Assembly (NCBI GenBank): GCA_963836235.1
Contig: CAWIIP010000004.1
Coordinates: 160,001 to 224,000, forward strand
Direction: 5' to 3'
Source: an uncultured Pseudomonadota bacterium
GTDB lineage: Bacteria > Oederibacteriota > Muellerivitia > Muellerivitales > Muellerivitaceae
Length of the DNA stretch: 64,000 nt
The notes under the pieces are model-generated. The model was not told the origin of the DNA. It did no database searches and saw only the letters and a program-made list of their open reading frames with translations. Position 1 is the first letter of the stretch. The number at the start of each line of letters is the position of its first letter. Made by a program: the position numbers and the translations under genes. This document shows positions 46,752 to 56,472 of the stretch, piece by piece.

Positions 46752-48227
46752 TTGAAAATCCTCATCGACACCAACATCGTTATTCCTCTTGAACCGGCAT
46801 CCACAGGCGACTTAGAGCCGGGTACCATCCTTGCCGCTGAATTTCATCGTTTGGCCGCCAAAGCGGGTCACCAGCTATTCATCCATCCCTTAATCCGACT
46901 GGATATTGATCGTGACCGCGATAGTGCTCGGGCTGACCTGCGTCGACAGTTAATTGGGAAATATAGCCAGTTAAATAACCCCCCAACCATTATTCAAAGA
47001 CCGATTCCGCCATTAGAGGCACCTGCCCAAGATAGTAATGATTGGGTTGATGTAAACCTATTGGTGGCATTGGACTCTAATGCCGTGGATATATTGGTGA
47101 CCGATGATGAAGATATCCATCGGAAGGCCTTGAAGGTTGGTTTGCAATCCAAGGTTGCGCGACTGCCAGATATGGTGGCGTCGCTAAAAGACCTGTTTGA
47201 TAAGGTTCATGAGCCGCCACCGGCAGTTGACTTCACTGAAGCTTATACTTTGAACGAGAGCGACCCGATATTTAATAGCGTGAGAGAGAGCTATGGAGCT
47301 GAGTTTGATCCTTGGTTACAGAAATGCAAGGCCCAACATCGGCACTGTTTTGTCATTCAGGATAAGTCGGCGGGAAAGTATGTCGGTGTGGCTATTCTGA
47401 ATAGAGAAGATGGCGCTTATGGTCTTGTGGGGAAGACCTTAAAACTCTGTACTTTTAAAATAGCGGACGAATATGGTGGGTACCGATACGGGGAATTGTT
47501 GTTGAAAGCTGTTTTTGATTATGCGGTAAACAACCAATACGATGGCGTATTTGTAACGGCTTATCCTGACAAAGATCGTTTGATTCGAACGTTTCAAGAT
47601 TTTGGGTTTCAAATTGTTGAGCAAGGTGCCCAAGTGGTTCTTGTGAAGCGATTCACTTATACACGGGCTGAATACGATTTGGTTGAACCGCTAGTTTTCC
47701 ATACTCTTTATGGGCCGATGGCGACTAAATTTGAGGGAAACAACACTCACATTGTCCCAATTCAGCCGGAATTTCATAAGCTCTTGTTCCCGGAATATGA
47801 ACCACAACCCGAACTGTTCCCAGGCCAGCATCCCTGTGGGAACAGTATCAAGAAGGCTTACCTGTGTCATTCGGCTACCCGTCAATTAAAACCAGGGGAT
47901 AATCTTTTGTTCTATCGGTCCGAGGATGATAAAGCGATAACAGCGGTGGGAATCGTTGAGGAGTTCATTGTTTCTTCTTCTGCGGATGAGATTGCCCAAT
48001 ATGTAAGCACAAGAACGGTCTATTCTTATGATGACATTAAAGCTATGTGCGAAACGGAAACATTGGCGATTAAATTCCGACTTGTTAAAATCGTTAAGCC
48101 GGTTATCCCGCTTAAGGACTTAAAGAAAAATAAGGTGGTAAAAGAACATCCGCAGGCTATTCACAAGATTAAAACAGGGAGTGCTGAATGGGTAAGAGAA
48201 GCGACGAGCCTTCAACCGAAGTATTGA
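46752..48227 (+). CDS. PIN - GNAT acetyltransferase - PUA/EVE-like fusion protein
   Basis: KILIDTNI...ND..D...VTDD (PIN), LKLCTFKI..GYRYGELLL (GNAT), GNSIKKAYLC..PGDNLLFYRS..AITAVG (PUA-like). Confidence 0.78.
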   Translation: MKILIDTNIVIPLEPASTGDLEPGTILAAEFHRLAAKAGHQLFIHPLIRLDIDRDRDSARADLRRQLIGKYSQLNNPPTIIQRPIPPLEAPAQDSNDWVDVNLLVALDSNAVDILVTDDEDIHRKALKVGLQSKVARLPDMVASLKDLFDKVHEPPPAVDFTEAYTLNESDPIFNSVRESYGAEFDPWLQKCKAQHRHCFVIQDKSAGKYVGVAILNREDGAYGLVGKTLKLCTFKIADEYGGYRYGELLLKAVFDYAVNNQYDGVFVTAYPDKDRLIRTFQDFGFQIVEQGAQVVLVKRFTYTRAEYDLVEPLVFHTLYGPMATKFEGNNTHIVPIQPEFHKLLFPEYEPQPELFPGQHPCGNSIKKAYLCHSATRQLKPGDNLLFYRSEDDKAITAVGIVEEFIVSSSADEIAQYVSTRTVYSYDDIKAMCETETLAIKFRLVKIVKPVIPLKDLKKNKVVKEHPQAIHKIKTGSAEWVREATSLQPKY

Positions 48228-48691
48228 TTTCGATTTACCAGAAATATGCGGAAGCCATATTGAAAGGTGAGAAAATCATTGAATTTCGCAAAGCGCAATT
48301 CCCAAAAAACGTATCCCGTGTCTATCTATATTCCACGAGCCCCGTTCAAAAGGTCATCGGTCATTTTGATGTAAAAGACGTTCTTCGAGCTAGTCCTCGG
48401 AGTTTGTGGAACGAATACGGGAAACATGGCTCGATCGGTTATGCTGATTATGTTAATTACTATGGAGACGCGGAAGAGGCTTGTGGAATACTTGTTAAGA
48501 GTGTCGTTCGATATTTGCGACCGGTGGATTTAAAGGAAATTGATCCCTCAATGTCGGTACCACAAAGTTATCGTTACCTTACTGAGGATCTTATTGAAAA
48601 GCTGGAAAGTAAATCTTTAAAAAATCGATCAAGCTATTTTTCACGAATAGTTTCCTCTGCATTTGGATTGGGAAAGATGTTTGCGAGGTAA
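48188..48691 (+). CDS. ASCH-domain protein
   Basis: ISIYQKYAEAILKGEKIIEFRK, YSTSPVQKVIG, PQSYRY. Confidence 0.85.
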   Translation: MGKRSDEPSTEVLISIYQKYAEAILKGEKIIEFRKAQFPKNVSRVYLYSTSPVQKVIGHFDVKDVLRASPRSLWNEYGKHGSIGYADYVNYYGDAEEACGILVKSVVRYLRPVDLKEIDPSMSVPQSYRYLTEDLIEKLESKSLKNRSSYFSRIVSSAFGLGKMFAR

Positions 48692-48953
48692 CTTGGTAAG
48701 ATTTTATAGAACACCATTCCTTCTCCTATATTCGACATTGTGCGATCAAGCTTATAAGTGGGGCATTTCTACTTGGGCTAAGGTTATTTTTTAAGTGGCT
48801 TTTTCTAACTATTCTAGAATCTCTGATTTCATTGTTTTGGATGGGCCAGTTATTGAAAAAGTGATGCGATTATTGATTTAGCAAAAATGGCAAAGGGACA
48901 ATAAACAAAAATCCAATCCAACAATTGAAGCTTTTTAAAAAGAAAGGAATTTC

Positions 48954-49799
48954 ATGGAAGCCAATGACGATATGTTTACAACTATTCTTGGTTTAATTAT
49001 TAGTCTGATAATTTCATGGAGCATTGGGCTTTTCCTTCCGATTCTGATTCGCTACGTTTTTTATAAACGGGCCCTTTCAAAAAAAGAGGCTGGTTGGTTT
49101 GCCTTTGCGAATTCTTTTTTAAATTTTATCCTCTCAGTGACAATGGCAATCGCATTCCCCGATTATTGGAAACTTTCCAACGAAAAAAACTTGTTATTGC
49201 CTTACGTTATCTTATTTTTTGGTGCCCGGTGGGTAATGACCAGGCCAACAGCTCCCCCGAAAATTAAAAAGGCTGAAGAAAAAAAGGTGCCGGTGGAGCA
49301 TTTAAGTTTGGGACGGAAGACTTTTCGATTTTTTTGGAAAACCGTTTTTTGTTTGGCTGGAACCTGGTTGGGGGTTCTATGGATAATCACTATTTACGCG
49401 ATGCTGAAGAAAGACATTGAAAACGAATTATTTACTTCCGGCTTTGTAATGTTTGTTTCCCGGTCTAGCTCCTTGGCGCTAATAACCTTTGAGTTGATAA
49501 TCTCCCTCTATCTGTTTTCGTATATTATTCAAAAAACTCTGTTGGTGAAAATTATTAGATTTATTGAATGGATAATTTTTATAATCTTTTTGATTATGGG
49601 AACGGTAGGGATTGCAAATTACTTATTTATGTTTTTGAAGGGGGAAGGGTTTTACCCGGGAACTATTATTTTCAATCTGTTTTTTGTTGGTATTTGTTTA
49701 TTGGTTTTGTGGCATCTGTTTAAGATTCCGGCTTCGACGAGAATTTATCAAAATTTGAAAATTAGTTGGACCAACAATAAAGCTTTAAAAATGCCATGA
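48954..49799 (+). CDS. Polytopic membrane protein of unknown function
   Basis: About seven hydrophobic segments. Confidence 0.6.
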   Translation: MEANDDMFTTILGLIISLIISWSIGLFLPILIRYVFYKRALSKKEAGWFAFANSFLNFILSVTMAIAFPDYWKLSNEKNLLLPYVILFFGARWVMTRPTAPPKIKKAEEKKVPVEHLSLGRKTFRFFWKTVFCLAGTWLGVLWIITIYAMLKKDIENELFTSGFVMFVSRSSSLALITFELIISLYLFSYIIQKTLLVKIIRFIEWIIFIIFLIMGTVGIANYLFMFLKGEGFYPGTIIFNLFFVGICLLVLWHLFKIPASTRIYQNLKISWTNNKALKMP

Positions 49800-49860
49800 G
49801 ATGGGAGAATTCATTTGTCAGAACTTAGAAGAACACATTTCATTTATAAAAAAGGCACCC

Positions 49861-49908
49861 TTGACGAACCCACCCCATCCGTATACTCTTAAATTAGTCA
49901 TTAAGAGT
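49861..49908 (+). promoter_or_regulatory. Sigma70-like promoter overlapped by an 8-bp inverted repeat
   Basis: TTGACG at 49861, TATACT/TACTCT at 49882-49889; ACTCTTAA-N8-TTAAGAGT at 49885-49908. Confidence 0.55.
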
Positions 49909-49910
49909 TG

Positions 49911-50034
49911 GGCTGGCGCCCATACCAACCTGCCTACCCCGGCAAGGTGGTTCGCTTTCAAAAGCGGATGAGGCCCCCGAAGGGCAACTTTAGCGGGACT
50001 GCCAGCCTTCCTGAATTTTCAGGTGGGCTTTTTT
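49911..50034 (+). ncRNA. Candidate structured leader RNA with intrinsic terminator
   Basis: Closing stem GGCTGGC/GCCAGCC enclosing three hairpins, overlapping a terminator hairpin with a T tract. Confidence 0.5.
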
Positions 50035-50151
50035 ATTGCCCGGAATTGGAGGAAATGCAAAACCAAAAAATTTTGTAAGGCTGGATTTAACCAACTTGTC
50101 CCGGCCAGGCTCCCGGAAAGGAACCAAAAGGGACTAAAAAGGAGATTTAAA

Positions 50152-51315
50152 ATGAGTAACACCATTCCGTTTGAGAATTTTGAGGATATCCACCAAGACA
50201 TCCCGAGGCAATTTAGTTTTTTAAGGCAAAAACTCGTCACCCTCGCCTTCATCCCAAGGCGATTAGCAATTCCAGAACGACCTGAACTAAACGATTTTCC
50301 ACTCAACATCATCTTTTCCAACCGGGTTGATATCCCCAAGGGAGGGGACATCCGCCTAGCTCTTTATGAGCCGGATTTTTCGACCTTCGAGTCAAAAGAG
50401 GGCAAAAAGGAGTTGATCTACCGCAATACGCATGGCGGGGACAGCCAAGTAAAAGTTATCAAAGAAGCCAAGGGCTATTACACGGGAGTCAGAACCATCA
50501 AAGGGGTGGATAAAAATTTCGTCAATGGGGAAACCTGGAAATTCTTTTTTCTCTATTTGAGTTTATACGGGATATTTGGGGATGAAGCTTATATCAACTT
50601 GCCCGCCTCGGTCATAACCGAAGCTTTCCCCCCGAAGGCGATTCCAGAAAAGGACAAGGAGATATTGACCGCTCCCGAACCGATCAAACCATATCTGACG
50701 GTCGCCCAGAACAATGTCAATGCCGACAGCAAGGCGGTTGAAGAAATCCGTTTAAAAGCCAAAACAGAACCCGATAAATATCTTTCCCAACTCGCTAAAA
50801 ACCTGAGCGACCTCGGGCTCAGTTTAAGTGGAGCAGGCCAAAAGGATGACGCGGTTAAGGTCACCCGCGAAGCGCTTGAAATCGCTCGTTCATTGAACGA
50901 AGGGGAAAACCAAGAAAACCCTATCTTGCTAGGCGTAATCCTCAACAACTTTGGCAATAGGCTTTACGAACAAGGAAAAATACAAGAAGCCATCGAAACG
51001 GTCAATGAAGCCGAAGTCATTTTTCGCAAGTTGGCCAAAGATTACGGGGGAACTCCCAGGGGCGACCACGCCAGAAGCCTCATTGATAGTGCTCAATATT
51101 TAAGTAAATTGAATAAAAACGATGAAGCACTTAAGCTGGCCCAAGAAGCCGTTGAGCTAAGCCGAAAACTTGTAAACGAGAACGCTGTAAGGTACCGTTC
51201 GTTTCTTGCAAGGGGTTTATTCACTCTTTCAAATTCTTATAGAGGATTAGGACTTTTCGACGAATCATATAAGGCAGGGAAAGAGGCTGAAATGGTATCC
51301 GATGGGATGGTATAG
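50152..51315 (+). CDS. TPR-repeat protein with unknown N-terminal domain
   Basis: LAKNLSDLG..EALEIAR and ILNNFGNRL..EA TPR-type repeats; AGGAG RBS before ATG 50152. Confidence 0.7.
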   Translation: MSNTIPFENFEDIHQDIPRQFSFLRQKLVTLAFIPRRLAIPERPELNDFPLNIIFSNRVDIPKGGDIRLALYEPDFSTFESKEGKKELIYRNTHGGDSQVKVIKEAKGYYTGVRTIKGVDKNFVNGETWKFFFLYLSLYGIFGDEAYINLPASVITEAFPPKAIPEKDKEILTAPEPIKPYLTVAQNNVNADSKAVEEIRLKAKTEPDKYLSQLAKNLSDLGLSLSGAGQKDDAVKVTREALEIARSLNEGENQENPILLGVILNNFGNRLYEQGKIQEAIETVNEAEVIFRKLAKDYGGTPRGDHARSLIDSAQYLSKLNKNDEALKLAQEAVELSRKLVNENAVRYRSFLARGLFTLSNSYRGLGLFDESYKAGKEAEMVSDGMV

Positions 51316-51345
51316 AAATTCTTTAAGTTAAAAAGAGGTGGTCAA

Positions 51346-51816
51346 ATGCCAAAACAAATCCTCTATATCGACATGGACAACGTTCTGGTCGATTTCAAAT
51401 CAGGCATTAATCGCCTGACAAAGGCCGAGAGGAAGCTTTTCAAAGACCGTCTCGACGAGGTTCCCGGCATCTTCCACCGCATGGAACCAATGAAGGACGC
51501 GGTCAAATCTTTTCAAACCCTTGCCAAACACTTCGACGTTTACATCCTCTCCACCGCACCTTGGGAGAACCACACCGCCTGGAGCGATAAGCTGCTTTGG
51601 GTCAAATTGCACTTGGGGGAAACCGCCTACAAGCGAGTGATTTTGACCCACCACAAAAACCTGAATATGGGGGATTATTTGATCGACGACCGCACCAAAA
51701 ACGGCGTCGATAAATTCACTGGGGAACACATTCATTTTGGTAAGGGCGAATTCAAAACCTGGAAAGCTGTGGTAAAGCACCTTTCTTCTAAAAAGACGTC
51801 GGTTTCCAAAAAATGA
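51346..51816 (+). CDS. 5'(3')-deoxyribonucleotidase (NT5C, HAD family)
   Basis: YIDMDNVLVDF, ILSTAPW, GDYLIDDR. Confidence 0.88.
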   Translation: MPKQILYIDMDNVLVDFKSGINRLTKAERKLFKDRLDEVPGIFHRMEPMKDAVKSFQTLAKHFDVYILSTAPWENHTAWSDKLLWVKLHLGETAYKRVILTHHKNLNMGDYLIDDRTKNGVDKFTGEHIHFGKGEFKTWKAVVKHLSSKKTSVSKK

Positions 51817-52055
51817 AAAATTTTGCATTTTGGCGCGGGGCTATTTTCGACGCCAAAACCCTTTTGAGTTTAAAAGCCGTGGGGGAGGACATCGCCCAAT
51901 TTCAGAAACAAACCGACCTTTTGGGCGACGGGGAAAAGAAATTAACTGAGGTCCAAGTGGAAACCCTTCGCTTGGAATACTCCCTTAAAATGAAAAAATT
52001 GACCGCAGAAACCCTGTTTATAAAACAGCCTGGAAAGCCCAAGTTTAAAAAATAA
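51813..52055 (+). CDS. Small hypothetical protein
   Basis: ATGA overlap with the NT5C gene. Confidence 0.45.
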   Translation: MKNFAFWRGAIFDAKTLLSLKAVGEDIAQFQKQTDLLGDGEKKLTEVQVETLRLEYSLKMKKLTAETLFIKQPGKPKFKK

Positions 52056-52186
52056 AACTGAAAATTGAACATCGTTCAGCCCCATAAATCTAGTATTTAG
52101 GGCCTGGTTAATTTATTGAATGGCATTTGGTATTGCGCAATAATTTACAAGATATAATTTGAAATTTTTAATTCGACAGGCATCAG

Positions 52187-53998
52187 ATGCTCTTCCCTTT
52201 GGAAATATCAGCCCTAACCTTTCTTAGTGGTTTGTTATTTTGGCGGCTTTACATTTATTACAGCACTCCTATTTTAGGTGATGGGAGCTTTTTCCAGGAC
52301 TCCAAGGACTTTATGAAAGAAGAATTTCATAGGGTCTTCAAAATCGAGATTAACAGCGTGGGTTTGGATAACCCGCCACCGTTAAAGAAAAAGGATGGGT
52401 TAGTTATTCCTTCAGCGGTAGGTGAAGCTGGTATCTATGCGGCATCAATTATCCATAATTTATTAAGTGTAGATCGAGCGGTTTTGGATACTGCTACTCA
52501 ACTATCCCATCAAACAATTAAAAATGTTTCAGATCTTCATACAGCAATAGGTGATTACAGCCATACCTTGGATGGAGGAGCCACCCAATCCGTGGTCAAA
52601 TTCTTCGAAGGCCACTTAGGGGAGCAATTGGTAGCCAATCATGTGGAACATCTCGGAGCCCAAGTGAATTTCCCCGAGATGTCAAACCAGGTTGGTTATG
52701 ACTTTCATCTAAATGGAATACCCGTGAATGTGAAAACTATTGCGGACGCTAATAACCTCGCCGAACATTTTGCTAAATATCCAGACATACCGGCTGTCGT
52801 TCCTTCCGACGCGATGCACATACCGCATGACGCGATTTATTTGAACCATGCTGATTCGATCGATCATTTCGTCAATGCTTATCACCAAGGGCTTAACCAT
52901 ATTGTTCTAGTTGATTCTGGTTTATCGAATGTAGATGCTGTTCACCACGCAGGGAGCGCTTTGGATGCTGCTTCAGGAAATTTTGACATCCATTGGCCGT
53001 GGGTAACAACAGTCCTATCGACAGTTAGGGAAATAGAGCTCTTGGATAAAAACTATACGACTTTTAAAAACTCTATTAAAAACATTGCATTGGATGCATC
53101 TGGCACTGGTATTGGAGCTGCGGCTGGTGCCAAACTTGGTGGTTTATTTGGTATGGCTATTTTTGGGCCGATAGGAGCCGCTGTGTTTGTGGTTTTGGGT
53201 GCTATTGCCGGAGGAGTCGGTGGTAGGACTGGAACGAATGCTATTAAATACAAAGAGTTCAATGACTTAAATGATCGATTTGAAGCCTTAAGAATGAGTG
53301 CACCAGGAAAGATGGAACACATCAAATCTACAACGGAAAATAAGATCGATTCCCATGTGTTAGAAAAGCAAAACGAACTTAAAAATTATTCCCTTGAGTT
53401 GGAAACAAAAATCAATGAGGAAAGGGAAGCTGTTAAAAAGAATGTGATTGATAAGTCGTCGCTTGAAGTTGAACATTTACATAAATTGAAACAAAAGTTC
53501 ATAGAGGAGGTTAATTTAGAGATTACCGATCTTTCAGCTAAAATGAATGAGATCCCATTACTCCACAGAATCTTTCCGAATAAAAACACAACTCTTTTGG
53601 TAAAGACTCGAAGATTCTTGATTTGGAAAGTAAACGGAATTAATAAAAGATTTAATCGGGTTATTCAAAGTATTAAACCCAGTGGTCTTACGGTTGGTGA
53701 GGCTGTCTCGCTTTTTTCGATACTTGCTGAGTTCAAATCCGCAAGCTCAGATGTCCATGGATATGTTGCCGAATTACAGAAAGACAGAGATAAAGCATTA
53801 GCGGCATATTCGAAACTTACTCAACGTTGTATTGATAACCTGGCAATCAAACGAAAACACATTATTGATGGGTTAGCGGTTTTTACAAAAAGGGAAATGG
53901 ATGAAGCCAATTCTAGAGTTTTAAGAGTTATTGAAGACTTGAAGTCTGTCCAGGACAGTCTTGTTAGGGAGGGGAAAAGACAAGGTCTTATTCAATAA
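52187..53998 (+). CDS. Hypothetical protein with nuclease-like middle region, glycine-zipper TM hairpin and coiled-coil tail
   Basis: GHLGEQLV...GYDF..NVKT; GTGIGAAAGAKLGGLFG...GAIAGGVGG; helical C-terminus. Confidence 0.55.
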   Translation: MLFPLEISALTFLSGLLFWRLYIYYSTPILGDGSFFQDSKDFMKEEFHRVFKIEINSVGLDNPPPLKKKDGLVIPSAVGEAGIYAASIIHNLLSVDRAVLDTATQLSHQTIKNVSDLHTAIGDYSHTLDGGATQSVVKFFEGHLGEQLVANHVEHLGAQVNFPEMSNQVGYDFHLNGIPVNVKTIADANNLAEHFAKYPDIPAVVPSDAMHIPHDAIYLNHADSIDHFVNAYHQGLNHIVLVDSGLSNVDAVHHAGSALDAASGNFDIHWPWVTTVLSTVREIELLDKNYTTFKNSIKNIALDASGTGIGAAAGAKLGGLFGMAIFGPIGAAVFVVLGAIAGGVGGRTGTNAIKYKEFNDLNDRFEALRMSAPGKMEHIKSTTENKIDSHVLEKQNELKNYSLELETKINEEREAVKKNVIDKSSLEVEHLHKLKQKFIEEVNLEITDLSAKMNEIPLLHRIFPNKNTTLLVKTRRFLIWKVNGINKRFNRVIQSIKPSGLTVGEAVSLFSILAEFKSASSDVHGYVAELQKDRDKALAAYSKLTQRCIDNLAIKRKHIIDGLAVFTKREMDEANSRVLRVIEDLKSVQDSLVREGKRQGLIQ

Positions 53999-54108
53999 TC
54001 AGTCGAATCTCTTATGCACCACACGCCCTTGAAAACCAAAATTCAAAAAATAAATTCTTTAAATTTACTGAAAATCCCCAGTTTTTAATTTTACCAAATC
54101 CTAAAAAC

Positions 54109-54158
54109 TTGACCCCCTTCCAATATAGGCGTTATATCTACAGTATACCCATGTATAC
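54109..54158 (+). promoter_or_regulatory. Promoter and palindromic operator upstream of umuD
   Basis: TTGACC at 54109, TTATAT/TATATC around 54132-54138, GTATAC-ccat-GTATAC at 54143-54158. Confidence 0.5.
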
Positions 54159-54181
54159 CAACGACCTTATTTGGAGGATTT

Positions 54182-54652
54182 ATGACCACCCATGCCCACT
54201 ATGTCGGCTCCGTCGAAGAATACGAAAACCTCATCCTGACCCTCGTTCTGCCCCCGGTCCAGTGCGGGGCTCCCGGCCCACCGGAGTCCTACAAGGAGAA
54301 GCGCATCCAATTAAGCGACTTGGTGGATCACCCCTACGCCTCTTACCTCTGGATTGCCTCCGGGGATTCCATGATCGGGGCTGGCATCCATTCGGGGGAT
54401 TTCCTTTTGGTCGATAAGGCACTCATCCCCATCCCCAACGATATCGTCATCGCCGCCCTCAATGGGGAGGCAACCGTCAAGCGGCTCAGTATCCAGGACA
54501 AGAAAGTTCTCCTCATTCCCGAAAACCCGGAATTCAAACCCATCCCGATTGACCCCGAAGAAGGGGTCCATATGCTCGGTGTCATTACCTATACCATCCA
54601 TCCCTTGAGAGGTTCCAATGGAGTACGTCGTCGCATTGGTCGATTGCAATAA
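54182..54652 (+). CDS. umuD: UmuD-like S24 autopeptidase
   Basis: VQCG cleavage site, SGDSMIGAGI, TVKRL. Confidence 0.9.
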   Translation: MTTHAHYVGSVEEYENLILTLVLPPVQCGAPGPPESYKEKRIQLSDLVDHPYASYLWIASGDSMIGAGIHSGDFLLVDKALIPIPNDIVIAALNGEATVKRLSIQDKKVLLIPENPEFKPIPIDPEEGVHMLGVITYTIHPLRGSNGVRRRIGRLQ

Positions 54653-55889
54653 TTTCTTTGTCTCCTGTGAGCGTGCCTTTAACCCCCGACTTTTCAAGAG
54701 GCCGGTCGTTGTGCTTTCCAACAACGACGGCCTGGTCATAGCCCGCTCAAACGAAGCTAAGGCCTTGGGTTTCAAGATGGGTGACGCTGTGTTCTTGAAA
54801 CGGGATCTGATTAAAGAACACAACGTCATAGTCATGTCCTCGAACTACGCCCTGTATTTCGACATGCGCGACCGGGTGAGGGAAGTGTTTTCTCTCTTTA
54901 CCCACAGGCTAGATAAATACTCCATCGATGAATGTTTCCTCGACCTGTCCGGCATGCCCCATGAGGAATTAGAGGGGTATGGACGGCAGATCAAGGAGAT
55001 GGTGGAAAGATGCACAGAGATACCGGTGTCGGTGGGTATCGCCGGAACCAAAAGTTTGGCAAAACTCGCAAACAAGATCGCCAAGAAATCCGATAAGGCG
55101 AAGGGAGTTGTGAACCTTTTTAAATCCCCTCACTTGGAAAGAGCCTTGGCCCAAACCGATGTGGGTGACCTATGGGGTGTGGGACCGGCTTACGAAAGGA
55201 TGCTCAAAGAGAACGGCATTAACAACGCCCTGGAATTCAGGAACGCCCCGGAACATTGGGTGAGGGCCAGGATGACAGTCATGGGGGCCAGGATTCAAAC
55301 CGAACTGAAAGGGACCGAGTGCTTTCCCTTGGAACTGCTACCACCGCCCAAAAAGATGATTGGTACGGCCCAAGGTTTTGGAGCCCTTATCGAATCCCTG
55401 GAAGAAATGAGGGAGGCCGCGGCGACCAGGGCATCCGAGGAGGCGGTGAAGCTCAGGGTCGAGAAGCAATGCGTGAAGGAACTGACCGTCTGGATTCAGA
55501 CCAACACCTTCAGCCCTGAACCCCAATATGGGGAAGCCCGGACGGTGGTATTCCCGGTGGCCACCAACGACACCTCGACTCTGATCCGGTATGTGGTGGC
55601 CGTGGTGGAGGCCCTTTACAAGAGGGGCTACCGGTACAAGAGGATAGGATTGAACGCCGACAAGTTGGAACCGGAGGACGCCGTTCAACAACATTTGTTC
55701 CTCAGGCCTGAGGATGCCCGGAGGCCTGTCCTGATGAGGGTCATTGACCAATTGAATGAGGTCAAAGGGGCCGGCACGATCAGAATGGCGGCGGTGGGGA
55801 TTAACCAAAGGTGGCTGACCAAGTTCGAACACCAGTCACCGCACTACACGACAAGACTCAGGGACTTGCCCATCGCAAGAGTCTGTTGA
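54618..55889 (+). CDS. umuC: UmuC-like Y-family DNA polymerase
   Basis: LVDCNNFFVSCER, VVLSNNDG, YSIDECF, C-terminal SPHYTT. Confidence 0.93.
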   Translation: MEYVVALVDCNNFFVSCERAFNPRLFKRPVVVLSNNDGLVIARSNEAKALGFKMGDAVFLKRDLIKEHNVIVMSSNYALYFDMRDRVREVFSLFTHRLDKYSIDECFLDLSGMPHEELEGYGRQIKEMVERCTEIPVSVGIAGTKSLAKLANKIAKKSDKAKGVVNLFKSPHLERALAQTDVGDLWGVGPAYERMLKENGINNALEFRNAPEHWVRARMTVMGARIQTELKGTECFPLELLPPPKKMIGTAQGFGALIESLEEMREAAATRASEEAVKLRVEKQCVKELTVWIQTNTFSPEPQYGEARTVVFPVATNDTSTLIRYVVAVVEALYKRGYRYKRIGLNADKLEPEDAVQQHLFLRPEDARRPVLMRVIDQLNEVKGAGTIRMAAVGINQRWLTKFEHQSPHYTTRLRDLPIARVC

Positions 55890-56004
55890 AGGCCGGAAAA
55901 AACGTCCGACAAAACCCTCAAACCCACCCCGAAAAAGGCCAAGATGCAGAGACAAACACCGTCACAGGTAGTACCGCGCCATGGAACCATCAAAAGTAAA
56001 GTTA

Positions 56005-56129
56005 TGGGCTGTTTTACTGGTCAATCTTCGTGCTCCGATGGCGACCCCCCCTATCTACGCATCAAGAGAAGATGCTAGAAGCGATAGGGGGGGTCGCCCT
56101 CTCCGCACGAAGACCAGTAAAACAGCCCA
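56005..56129. repeat. Long imperfect inverted repeat
   Basis: TGGGCTGTTTTACTGG..TCTTCGTGC..GGCGACCCCCCCTATC pairs with GATAGGGGGGGTCGCC..GCACGAAGA CCAGTAAAACAGCCCA. Confidence 0.85.
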
Positions 56130-56242
56130 AGTTTTTAAAACAGAAAAGGAACAGAGTTAAGAAACAGAGAAAGTCAAAGTCAAAAGCAAACACTGTAAAC
56201 CGAAGTGGTAGGACGGGAGTGAAGTGGTAGGGGTATGCGATG

Positions 56243-56403
56243 TGGTAGGTGGTAAGGCAGCCATAGGAGCCAGAGGTTGTAGGTGGTGGATGTTGGGGGT
56301 AATAGAATTCAGGATGGTAGGTGGTAAAACAGACATAGGGGCCGGGAGTTTTAGGTGATGGATTTTAGGGGATTTAGAATCCGGGGTGGTAGCCGGTAAG
56401 GCA
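56243..56403. repeat. Degenerate 72-bp tandem direct repeat (about 2.2 units)
   Basis: Units starting TGGTAG at 56243, 56315 and 56387. Confidence 0.75.
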
Positions 56404-56435
56404 AAGCACAGACAAGGCAAAATCTTAGAGGCATT

Positions 56436-56472
56436 AAAACTAGGCTTCCTGGTTCCCAGGAAGCCTAGTTTT
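56436..56472. repeat. Perfect 17-bp hairpin (possible bidirectional terminator)
   Basis: AAAACTAGGCTTCCTGG-ttc-CCAGGAAGCCTAGTTTT. Confidence 0.8.

Noticed and set aside
49960-49990. Hammerhead-like GGATGAGGCCC...GGGCAAC
   Set aside because: Has CGGAUGA instead of CUGAUGA and lacks GAAA after the stem.
56243-56403. CRISPR array
   Set aside because: Degenerate tandem units without unique spacers; no cas genes in the window.
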